This document shows, one piece after another, positions 46,746 to 54,185 of a stretch of 64,000 nucleotides of DNA (position 1 is its first letter; each line of letters starts with the position of its first letter). A program made the translations under genes and the position numbers. Source of the stretch: Syntrophales bacterium (GTDB lineage: Bacteria; Desulfobacterota; Syntrophia; Syntrophales; UBA2210); NCBI GenBank assembly GCA_023230565.1, contig JALNXD010000016.1:973-64972 (forward strand), read 5' to 3'. Under the pieces are notes generated by a model. That model saw nothing but the letters and a program-made list of their open reading frames with translations, ran no database searches and was not told the origin of the DNA.

Positions 46746-47915
46746 ATGCCAATAAATACAAGGTATTATACGAAATACCCAGGCGTGTATTACATCATAG
46801 GAACGGCAATATCTACCGGTAAGCCAGAAAAAATTTATTACATCCGTTACCGTAAAGATGGAAAGGAGATTGAAGAAAAAGCTGGACGACAGTTTGAGGA
46901 TGATATGACTCCGGCACGTGCGGCGCAACGTCGTACTAAACGTATTGAAGGAGAATTATCAAATAAAGAAAGACGTGAGGCAATTGAGGCAGAGAAGCAA
47001 GCACAAGAAAACAAGTGGACAATAGATCGACTATGGGATCTTTACAAAACCACTCTCACAAATGACAAAAGCCGTAAAGTGGATGATAGTAGGTATAAAA
47101 AATACATTAAAGATCGATTCGGAGTTAAGGAACCTCATGAATTAATATTACTTGACGTCGATCGATTGAGATTAAGACTATCTAAAAAATTATCTCTACA
47201 AACCGTCAAACATATTCTGACGCTCCTTGACAGGATCATCAATTTCGGAGTAAAGCGCAATCTCTGTCAGCCACTTTCATTCCACATCAAAAAGCCACAA
47301 GTAAATAATATTAAAACCGAGGATCTGTCGCCTGAACAGCTCAAAAAGCTCTTGGAGGCTATTGAGAAGGATGATAACGTAAATGCAAAAGGCATGATGA
47401 AAATGGCTCTCTATACAGGCATGCGTCGAGGAGAAATGTTCAAACTTAAATGGAACGACATCGACTTTGAACGTGGATTCATTGCGATTAAAGATTCGAA
47501 AGGCGGAGTTGACCAGAAGATTCCCCTCAATGATGCTTCGCGAAAGATGCTTCAGTCACACCCGAAAACAAGAAGCTCTTTTGTATTTCCTGGTCGTGAT
47601 GGAGTACAGAGAGTCAAAATAGATCATGCTGTCGGCCGGATCAAGAAGAATGCTGACTTACCAAAAGAATTCCGACCACTCCACGGCTTGCGACACGTCT
47701 ATGCATCAATGCTGGCGTCAAGTGGCAAAGTCGATATGTATACGCTTCAGCGTCTTCTTACACACAAAAGCTCTGTTATGACTCAGAGATATGCACATCT
47801 TCGTGATGAGGCACTTCGTGGCGCAGCTGATCTTGCTGGATCAATTATTGAAGATGTGGAGAAGAAAAAGATTAATAACCAGAAGGTTGTAAACATCGAA
47901 GACCATAAAAATTAG
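46746..47915 (+). CDS. int: Tyrosine recombinase / phage-type integrase
   Basis: Catalytic residues in TGMRRGE, HGLRHVYAS and LLTHKSSVMTQRYAHL. Confidence 0.9.
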   Translation: MPINTRYYTKYPGVYYIIGTAISTGKPEKIYYIRYRKDGKEIEEKAGRQFEDDMTPARAAQRRTKRIEGELSNKERREAIEAEKQAQENKWTIDRLWDLYKTTLTNDKSRKVDDSRYKKYIKDRFGVKEPHELILLDVDRLRLRLSKKLSLQTVKHILTLLDRIINFGVKRNLCQPLSFHIKKPQVNNIKTEDLSPEQLKKLLEAIEKDDNVNAKGMMKMALYTGMRRGEMFKLKWNDIDFERGFIAIKDSKGGVDQKIPLNDASRKMLQSHPKTRSSFVFPGRDGVQRVKIDHAVGRIKKNADLPKEFRPLHGLRHVYASMLASSGKVDMYTLQRLLTHKSSVMTQRYAHLRDEALRGAADLAGSIIEDVEKKKINNQKVVNIEDHKN

Positions 47916-47982
47916 AGGTCCTATTGACATTTGGGCGGTGTTGTATTACTTTTACAACAGGAAAGAAAAAGGAGGTGAAAAT

Positions 47983-48363
47983 ATGGCCGCCCCCGAGACA
48001 TTTGGCGAATATTTTAAACAAAAAAGGATCGAAAATAATATAACTCTAAGAGAATTTTGTCGGGTGAACGGCTTTGATCCCGGAAATATAAGCAAAATTG
48101 AGAGAGGGCTCTTCCCACCTCCGCAATTGAAGGAAACACTTGAAAAATATGCAAGAGCACTCAACATTCAAGAGGGGACAGATGATTGGTATGAATTCTG
48201 TGATTTAGCCGCAACAAGCGCCGGCAAAATACCCCCCGACATGGTTTCAAATGAAGAATTGATGAAGGCGTTGCCAGTGTTATTCAGAAAAGTGAGAGAT
48301 AAAGATTTTGATAATGAGGATTTGGATAAGCTTATAGGCGCGATTAAAAAGGAACTGCGCTAA
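47983..48363 (+). CDS. XRE-family HTH regulator
   Basis: FGEYFKQKRIENNITLREFCRVNGFDPGNISKIERG. GGAGGTG lies 5 nt before the ATG at 47983. Confidence 0.8.
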   Translation: MAAPETFGEYFKQKRIENNITLREFCRVNGFDPGNISKIERGLFPPPQLKETLEKYARALNIQEGTDDWYEFCDLAATSAGKIPPDMVSNEELMKALPVLFRKVRDKDFDNEDLDKLIGAIKKELR

Positions 48364-48968
48364 TGGTTGAAGCACCGTATCTGAAATACGTTGATGTCAC
48401 GCAGGAAGTTGAATCATTTTTACAAATATATCATCCATCTCGGACTATTCCTATTCCGGTTGAAGAAATAATTGACCTACAGTTGAAAATCAATATTTAT
48501 CCCTTTCCAAGGCTCTATAAAGATTTTGGCCTTAACGGATTCCTCAGCTGCGATCGGTCAACGATCTATGTAGATGAATACCAGTACGAGCAATTTTATG
48601 AAAAATACCGGTATACGCTTGCTCATGAGCTTGGGCATTTTGTGCTTCATAAGAATCTTTATGAAAATTTTAATTTTGAGAATGCAATTCAATATGTGGA
48701 ATGGAGAGAATCAATGTCACCAAATGATATCGACTGGTTTGAAAAGCATGCCGATTGGTTCGCAGAACAACTTTTAGTGCCAGCGAATGCTTTGACGGAT
48801 GCCTGCCAGAACATAATCAATATATATCAGCATGTATATCAAAAATACAAAGATTCTCCCGATGATTTTTGGTCTTATGCTTCCAGTGAAATTGCACGAT
48901 CATTTGATGTAAACCAGCCAGTTGTCGAAGTTAGGATCAAACGAGAAAAGTTGAATTATTCGTATTGA
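48363..48968 (+). CDS. ImmA/IrrE-family (DUF955) metallopeptidase
   Basis: HEXXH motif in YTLAHELGHFVLH. The start overlaps the XRE stop (TAATG). Confidence 0.85.
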   Translation: MVEAPYLKYVDVTQEVESFLQIYHPSRTIPIPVEEIIDLQLKINIYPFPRLYKDFGLNGFLSCDRSTIYVDEYQYEQFYEKYRYTLAHELGHFVLHKNLYENFNFENAIQYVEWRESMSPNDIDWFEKHADWFAEQLLVPANALTDACQNIINIYQHVYQKYKDSPDDFWSYASSEIARSFDVNQPVVEVRIKREKLNYSY

Positions 48969-49027
48969 AGGCTTTTCCCCTTATGTGAGCGTAATTAAGC
49001 CTGTCGTTAGATTTTACTTACAACTAT

Positions 49028-50149
49028 TTGAACGATGTGAAAATGAAGGATCTTGAAAAGACTGAGAAGGTAATTCAGGAATTAATTTTTGACATTACCC
49101 GTGAGAATTTTCTCTCTGATATATCTTCGTATGATAATCGTGACCTTTTAAAACTTGACGGGATACTCTTTTTTGCCTGTGCTGATGCTGTTATAAGACT
49201 TCTTGGGATTAACCCCGAGATTTCCGACATGTGGATTGTACTGGATGAAGCCGCTCTATTTGCAAAGGAATTGACACCGGAAAGAATCGCAAAATTATAT
49301 TTACAAACCGGCGATGAAATCGCCGTTGTTGAACTGATTTACCATCGGGTGAATAGGCATCGGACTCAAGAGGAAGTATTGCGTAGAGTAACTCATCTAA
49401 AATATGGAGGAAATAGACTGTTTAATTTTATAGCTCTTACTAATCAAGACAATCTTGACAAGCTTCTTCGAGAGTACGGGTCGTGTGTAAAAGCTTTTCG
49501 ACATAATTGTGGCATAGGTAGCTCCAGTTTGGATAATGCTCTAAGAGGCAAATATTTTAAAGGAGCAGACGATATTAAAGGAAAGGCTCTTGTTGCGCTG
49601 TATGAGTCTCTTAATGAGTTGAAAGAAAATGTTAAGGTTTCAGAAATAGAAGAACTTGAACCCATCCCACTTTCGCGCTCAGTGAATCAACTTAAATGGG
49701 AAGCGGCTAAAACAGGAATCATGCGTGTGAAACTTGCAGCAACAATTCAAACATACTTGCCGATACTTGAAGGTACGGCAGAAAAGATCCCATTAAAAAT
49801 GCATGATAGGTTTAAGAGTCAGCGAGTAAAAGAGGGAAGAGAAATTCTAGAAAGCGGGGATGTATCTTCTCACGATATTGACAAAATTCTTATAGACGAT
49901 CCCCCCAGACGTTTTAAACGTTCTGGATCGAAGAAAAAGCGGGAAGGTGTTGTTGCGGCGATTGCACTGCAGGAAACCTGCCGAATACTCATTTCTCGAG
50001 CGCGTGATCCGGAAGTAGCAAAGAAGGCAATCACCATGATTGTAAGAGGATATTCAACTGCTGAGATTAGAGCGGAGACAAGGATGAGCGAAAGACAGAT
50101 TCGAGAATATAAAAAACAGCTTAAGGACGTTTCCAGCCTTGATCTGTAA
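49028..50149 (+). CDS. Hypothetical protein with C-terminal HTH-like segment
   Basis: Long ORF with coherent composition. The C-terminus MIVRGYSTAEIRAETRMSERQIREYKKQL looks like a sigma-r4/LuxR-type HTH. The start is uncertain (TTG 49028 or ATG 49043). Confidence 0.5.
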   Translation: MNDVKMKDLEKTEKVIQELIFDITRENFLSDISSYDNRDLLKLDGILFFACADAVIRLLGINPEISDMWIVLDEAALFAKELTPERIAKLYLQTGDEIAVVELIYHRVNRHRTQEEVLRRVTHLKYGGNRLFNFIALTNQDNLDKLLREYGSCVKAFRHNCGIGSSSLDNALRGKYFKGADDIKGKALVALYESLNELKENVKVSEIEELEPIPLSRSVNQLKWEAAKTGIMRVKLAATIQTYLPILEGTAEKIPLKMHDRFKSQRVKEGREILESGDVSSHDIDKILIDDPPRRFKRSGSKKKREGVVAAIALQETCRILISRARDPEVAKKAITMIVRGYSTAEIRAETRMSERQIREYKKQLKDVSSLDL

Positions 50150-51746
50150 AAAACTTGCAGCCTTGTGCAAGTTTGAAGGTGATCTCCATACCGTTCGGGT
50201 TTTCAAAGGTTGTCCAGTTCTTTGCTTTGATGATCCGAGCCTTTCCGGGTTCCATTGTAAGATATAGGCGCGCTTTCTCAAGCCCTCGACCGCCACCCAG
50301 GCCATAATCAGCGCCTTTGTTTTTTTGTATGGCAATTACAGCAATTCCTTTTTTCAGCTTGTCGTAGATTTCTTTAATGAGACCGCCAATTTTGTAAAAC
50401 TCATCATACACTTCCAGAAAATCTATAATATTGATTGCATCGGGCTTTATTACGTCGGCAAAGTTTGAAGCTCTTTCTTTTGGATGGAATTTCCAGTCTT
50501 CAAGTGGAGCATCAAATTTTTTCAGTCTTTTACGCAATTCGAGTGCGCCCATTTCGGATGAAAAATAGTATATCTCGTACCGGGCCATGTTTTTCTGAAC
50601 AAGATTCAGAAGAAAAGCTGTTTTCCCTGAATTCGGCTCGCCTGCAACGACGATGATATTACCCGGCATGATCTGCACATGGTCTTCGATTCGGAAGGGC
50701 CATCTGATATCCATTGCAGTATCGGTCGCACTAATAAAATCAATATCCTCGCACTGTGTGTTAACAGTGCGATATACTCCGTTTTTGTTTCCATGTTTTT
50801 CAATAATTCCAGCTTTATGGAGCCGGTGTACAGCAGCTCGAACAGCATTTTTTTCTTCTTTTGTAACACTTTGTAACGCTTGGTAACACTCTGTAATACT
50901 CCAGTAACCATTTGTAACGCTTACCCAGTCCTCGGCATCCTTGTGAATATTGCGTTCCTTGCGCCTCGCTCTCTCCAAAACGGAGTCAATCTTAACTTGC
51001 GCCTCTTTTGGCGAAAAAAGGGGATTACAATTATTTGCAAGTATATCAAGGATATGCCTTGCATCACTTTCAGACATGCCGCCTTTGATGAGGCAATGTG
51101 CAGTGTGAAAAAGTGAATCATCCCGTTTACCCTGTTCAAAACTTACTGTAACATCTGTAACGTCTTGTAACGGTTGGTAATGATCTGTAACGCTGTTATA
51201 ACTTCCTCTTACATTCCTAATGCTAGAATTTATATTATTTATATAGGCACGCGGCAATGGGCCGGGCTGAATGTCATCAATGCTTAAACCTTCTACCCAC
51301 TGATACCCCTTACCAGTTCCATTTCTAGACGGTGGTGCAACGACATATCCGCCTCTGCCCCTGAAATCGATTCCAGGCAAAGCGCGTGCATTGATTGTCA
51401 GGTTCAAGTCCTCAGGATATTTAAAATATAGATGCGTACCCCCGCGCGGCGTTTGAACTGTGGGGGTTACTATTCCTTCGGGAAAATACTCAAGCTCTAT
51501 GTCTTCACTATAGTCCTGGGCATAGCGGTCAATATCAACAACACAGATTTCGCTTATCGGACCTGTAACGACTCCGATCATCGCCTTGGGGTATTGATTC
51601 CACCATTCCCGAATTTCATCTTCTGTGGGTAACCGGTCTTGAAATTCTTTCCATGCGATGAGAGGTTTCTTGTTTTTCCCAACAGGTATTATTGAATATC
51701 CATTTCTCAGATATTGGATTGCCGCCTTCAGATAAATTTTTTCCAT
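50121..51746 (-). CDS. Bifunctional primase-polymerase (PrimPol) fused to a P-loop helicase-like replicase
   Basis: N-domain: GYSIIPVGKNKKPLIAWKEFQ, VVDIDRY, TPRGGTHLYF, GYVVAPPS. C-domain: Walker A GEPNSGKT. The ATG at 51746 has GGAGGTG upstream. The track ORF extends to 51899. Confidence 0.8.
   Translation of the reverse strand: MEKIYLKAAIQYLRNGYSIIPVGKNKKPLIAWKEFQDRLPTEDEIREWWNQYPKAMIGVVTGPISEICVVDIDRYAQDYSEDIELEYFPEGIVTPTVQTPRGGTHLYFKYPEDLNLTINARALPGIDFRGRGGYVVAPPSRNGTGKGYQWVEGLSIDDIQPGPLPRAYINNINSSIRNVRGSYNSVTDHYQPLQDVTDVTVSFEQGKRDDSLFHTAHCLIKGGMSESDARHILDILANNCNPLFSPKEAQVKIDSVLERARRKERNIHKDAEDWVSVTNGYWSITECYQALQSVTKEEKNAVRAAVHRLHKAGIIEKHGNKNGVYRTVNTQCEDIDFISATDTAMDIRWPFRIEDHVQIMPGNIIVVAGEPNSGKTAFLLNLVQKNMARYEIYYFSSEMGALELRKRLKKFDAPLEDWKFHPKERASNFADVIKPDAINIIDFLEVYDEFYKIGGLIKEIYDKLKKGIAVIAIQKNKGADYGLGGGRGLEKARLYLTMEPGKARIIKAKNWTTFENPNGMEITFKLAQGCKFFTDQGWKRP
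50861..50920. repeat. Iteron cluster A: six GTAAC/GTAAT cores at 10-11 bp spacing
   Basis: TTGTAACACT TTGTAACGCT TGGTAACACT CTGTAATACT CCAGTAACCA TTTGTAACGC. The cluster lies inside the replicase gene. Confidence 0.6.
51146..51193. repeat. Iteron cluster B: five GTAAC/GTAAT cores at 9-10 bp spacing
   Basis: CTGTAACAT CTGTAACGT CTTGTAACGG TTGGTAATGA TCTGTAACGC. It has the same orientation as cluster A and lies 285 bp from it. Confidence 0.6.
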
Positions 51747-51922
51747 TTCGCACCTCCATAAATAATGCCTGGTACCCCCTATACGGGCTGAAACTTGAAG
51801 AAACGGCGGTGACAAAAAAATCCATGGCAAAAGATTAACAAACCGAAAAAAACCACCGCCGTTTTTCAGAAGAACTGACCGTATATAGGGCGTAAGCAAA
51901 AATTTAGTAATGGAGGTGACCC

Positions 51923-52102
51923 ATGAAGCTTATCGCTGAAATTAGCCAAAGCGGTGTTGACAGAGTTTCGATTCAGTCAACTACCGATCGAGAGGAACGT
52001 CTGGGTGAAGTTTTACTTCATCTCATTCGGCCTCACTTGAAAAACATCAACGCTGATTTGAAGGTTTTTGGAGAACATCTCTATGATTTGAAGAAAAAGT
52101 AA
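51923..52102 (+). CDS. Small hypothetical protein (59 aa)
   Basis: ATG preceded by GGAGGTG. It is below the ORF-track size cut-off. Translation: MKLIAEISQSGVDRVSIQSTTDREERLGEVLLHLIRPHLKNINADLKVFGEHLYDLKKK. Confidence 0.4.
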   Translation: MKLIAEISQSGVDRVSIQSTTDREERLGEVLLHLIRPHLKNINADLKVFGEHLYDLKKK

Positions 52103-52113
52103 GGGGATTACTG

Positions 52114-52298
52114 ATGATTTTGCTGAGAAGGATGCAGCAGACAGACTCGGATTGGCTGTCCAAACCCTTCGCAACTGGCGATGTAAGGGGAGAGGACCAC
52201 GGTACATAAAATTTTCCAGTCGGAGCATCAGATATGCGGTTGAAGATCTTAAGGAGTTTTGTGCCTTACATTCAATTACACCTGATCGACATACATAA
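52114..52298 (+). pseudogene. Excisionase/AlpA-like HTH gene with an apparent 1-nt frame break just after its start codon
   Basis: The frame 52116-52298 encodes DFAEKDAADRLGLAVQTLRNWRCKGRGPRYIKFSSRSIRYAVEDLKEF... That frame has no ATG/GTG. The well-placed ATG at 52114 (AAGGGG 7 nt upstream) is in the +1 neighbouring frame. Confidence 0.5.
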
Positions 52299-52346
52299 TG
52301 ATCCGGTATTTAAAGCAAACGTAAATACTTTAGATAGGGTTTAGAC

Positions 52347-52922
52347 ATGCCGCCATCAAGAATCGATAAAATTAAATTATCACGAATGCTTAGAGAGGGT
52401 AAAACGCAGAAGCACTGTGCTAAAGTCTTTGGTGTTACCGAGGGGGCTATCAGCCAAGCGAAGAAAGAGCTGAATTTAAGCGTTGTCAAGAACGTAGCCC
52501 TGGAAAACGCTCATCGTGTCGTAGATAAGAATATCGATGCGATCAGTCAGCTTCAGAAGATAAATGGCTACGCGAACGAGCTTCTTGACCTGCTCATGCG
52601 CTGGAATCGAGGCGATGGCGAAGCTTTGCAGATTCTCGAAACTCAAGTGAGGAAAGTTCGTGTAAAGGGATCGGAAGAAGAACTCTTTGAATACAAATTC
52701 AAGGACCCTCGCGAGTTGGCGTTAAGAGCGATGGCGGAGATTCGGGGGCAACTGAACCTTCAACTTGAAATATTTAGGATCCTTTACGATATGAGGGCAA
52801 TCGAGGAATTTCAACAGGAAGTGCTCGATGCGATCGGCGAGGTTCAACTGGAAGTGAGGGAGAGGATCATTTGGCGCCTGAAGGAACGGCGCGCCTTACG
52901 AGGAACCTTAGATGTTCGATAA
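52347..52922 (+). CDS. HTH-domain protein of unknown function (possibly small-terminase-like or a regulator)
   Basis: N-terminal GKTQKHCAKVFGVTEGAISQAKKEL. The rest is predicted helical. Confidence 0.55.
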   Translation: MPPSRIDKIKLSRMLREGKTQKHCAKVFGVTEGAISQAKKELNLSVVKNVALENAHRVVDKNIDAISQLQKINGYANELLDLLMRWNRGDGEALQILETQVRKVRVKGSEEELFEYKFKDPRELALRAMAEIRGQLNLQLEIFRILYDMRAIEEFQQEVLDAIGEVQLEVRERIIWRLKERRALRGTLDVR

Positions 52923-52961
52923 CTAAAATTTGAAACACCGAATATTGGAAGGTACTTATGA

Positions 52962-53324
52962 ATGATTGACAAAGATACCCTCTACAATAATTTGCTGACG
53001 TATATCGGAAATAGATATACCAATTGTTCAATTCCTCTTTTTCCCAGCGAGAAAAAGATTGCAGGATGTAAGAAAGCCTGCGAGGCATTTTGTCGCACCT
53101 TCCCCACCGAAATTCCGGGAAGCTATCAACCTCCAGAAAAAGAACCAGACGGCAACCTTACTGCGCGTTATACATTCTGGGTGAAAAACTTCACGGTAAT
53201 ATTTACAGTGTTTATCGTGAGGCCTGAACTCTGTGACAGGGCGAAAGGAGCTCCTGAATTGAACCCTTTTCTTAGGCAATTGGAACAATTTTGGTCAAGA
53301 AAAGAAAGGTTGAAAACTACATAA
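52962..53324 (+). CDS. Hypothetical protein
   Basis: ORF only; no recognisable motif. Confidence 0.3.
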   Translation: MIDKDTLYNNLLTYIGNRYTNCSIPLFPSEKKIAGCKKACEAFCRTFPTEIPGSYQPPEKEPDGNLTARYTFWVKNFTVIFTVFIVRPELCDRAKGAPELNPFLRQLEQFWSRKERLKTT

Positions 53325-53402
53325 CCATAGGCCGGCGCAGACCCATATGCAAAAGGTCCTGACTCACCCCATGAAGACGATCCTGATTGCTATGAAAGTG
53401 CG

Positions 53403-53942
53403 TTGGAGCTCGCAGCAATTTATGGTCATATCGATGTGTTTGAACTTAAACAAATAAAACTTGATCCCACGCATAAAAGAGCAAGTGATATCCTCAGATG
53501 CTGCTGTTTTAGAGATAATAGCAAACTTCTGAAAATTCTTCTTGAAAAAGGATTTAATCCCAAGCAGATGGAAAACAAGGGATCGTCACTTATACAATCG
53601 ATAATTTCCTCAATGGACAGGGAATATAACCCTTACACATACAGAAAAGAAAAAAAAGATATCGATACGTGGAGTGCACGCGAAAAAATTAAGATGATAC
53701 ATATGCTTGTAAGATACGGTGCCAAATGGTTACCCAAAGATGATAGAGATATAAATTACATTCGACGATCATTACTAAAAATGAAGGATGATTATGTCAT
53801 GGAATTTGTCTGGATAATGTCAGAGTATCAGACCTGTACCCGTGCAAGTATCGAAATGCTTTTGAAGACGCCAAAAATACGCTCATTAGTTTCTCAACAC
53901 GCTGGTAGACTGAATGAACTGATGGCGGCGTTTAATTCATAA
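53403..53942 (+). CDS. Ankyrin-repeat-like protein, apparently N-terminally truncated
   Basis: The frame is open from 53331 and reads AGADPYAKG...SALELAAIYGHIDVFE...LKILLEKGFNP (ANK-like). It has no ATG, and the first possible start is the TTG at 53403. Confidence 0.45.
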   Translation: MELAAIYGHIDVFELKQIKLDPTHKRASDILRCCCFRDNSKLLKILLEKGFNPKQMENKGSSLIQSIISSMDREYNPYTYRKEKKDIDTWSAREKIKMIHMLVRYGAKWLPKDDRDINYIRRSLLKMKDDYVMEFVWIMSEYQTCTRASIEMLLKTPKIRSLVSQHAGRLNELMAAFNS

Positions 53943-54062
53943 ATACCTTGACAAAGAACAGTAATAGAGTTAGTGATTTCCTTGTTTTTACCGAATTATT
54001 TCTTATGCTCTAGCATACCTCAAGCGACTGTACCCAAAGGAGGATTATGGTCTTATTACGAT

Positions 54063-54093
54063 AACCCTGTTTGACAAGAAACAGGGTTTTTTT
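54063..54093 (+). terminator. Rho-independent terminator
   Basis: AACCCTGTT-tgacaaga-AACAGGGTT followed by TTTTTT. Confidence 0.7.
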
Positions 54094-54185
54094 GTTTGTA
54101 ATAAGTCAAAATATATTTTTACAAAATTCAGTATTTTTGTGCCCTCAAAATTAAAGAAATTGGCGATAAATCTTAAGCGGCAGGG

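Noticed and set aside
52094-52102. Frameshift fusion of the 59-aa ORF with the xis-like HTH through the AAG AAA AAG TAA tract
   Set aside because: It would require a +1 shift at a site with no cognate re-pairing. The separate ATG at 52114 with its own RBS explains the arrangement better.
53948-54093. Candidate small RNA defined by a TTGACA-N17-TAGTGA promoter-like sequence and the terminator at 54063-54093
   Set aside because: The -10 is poor. The terminator is adequately explained as the end of the upstream ankyrin-like transcript.
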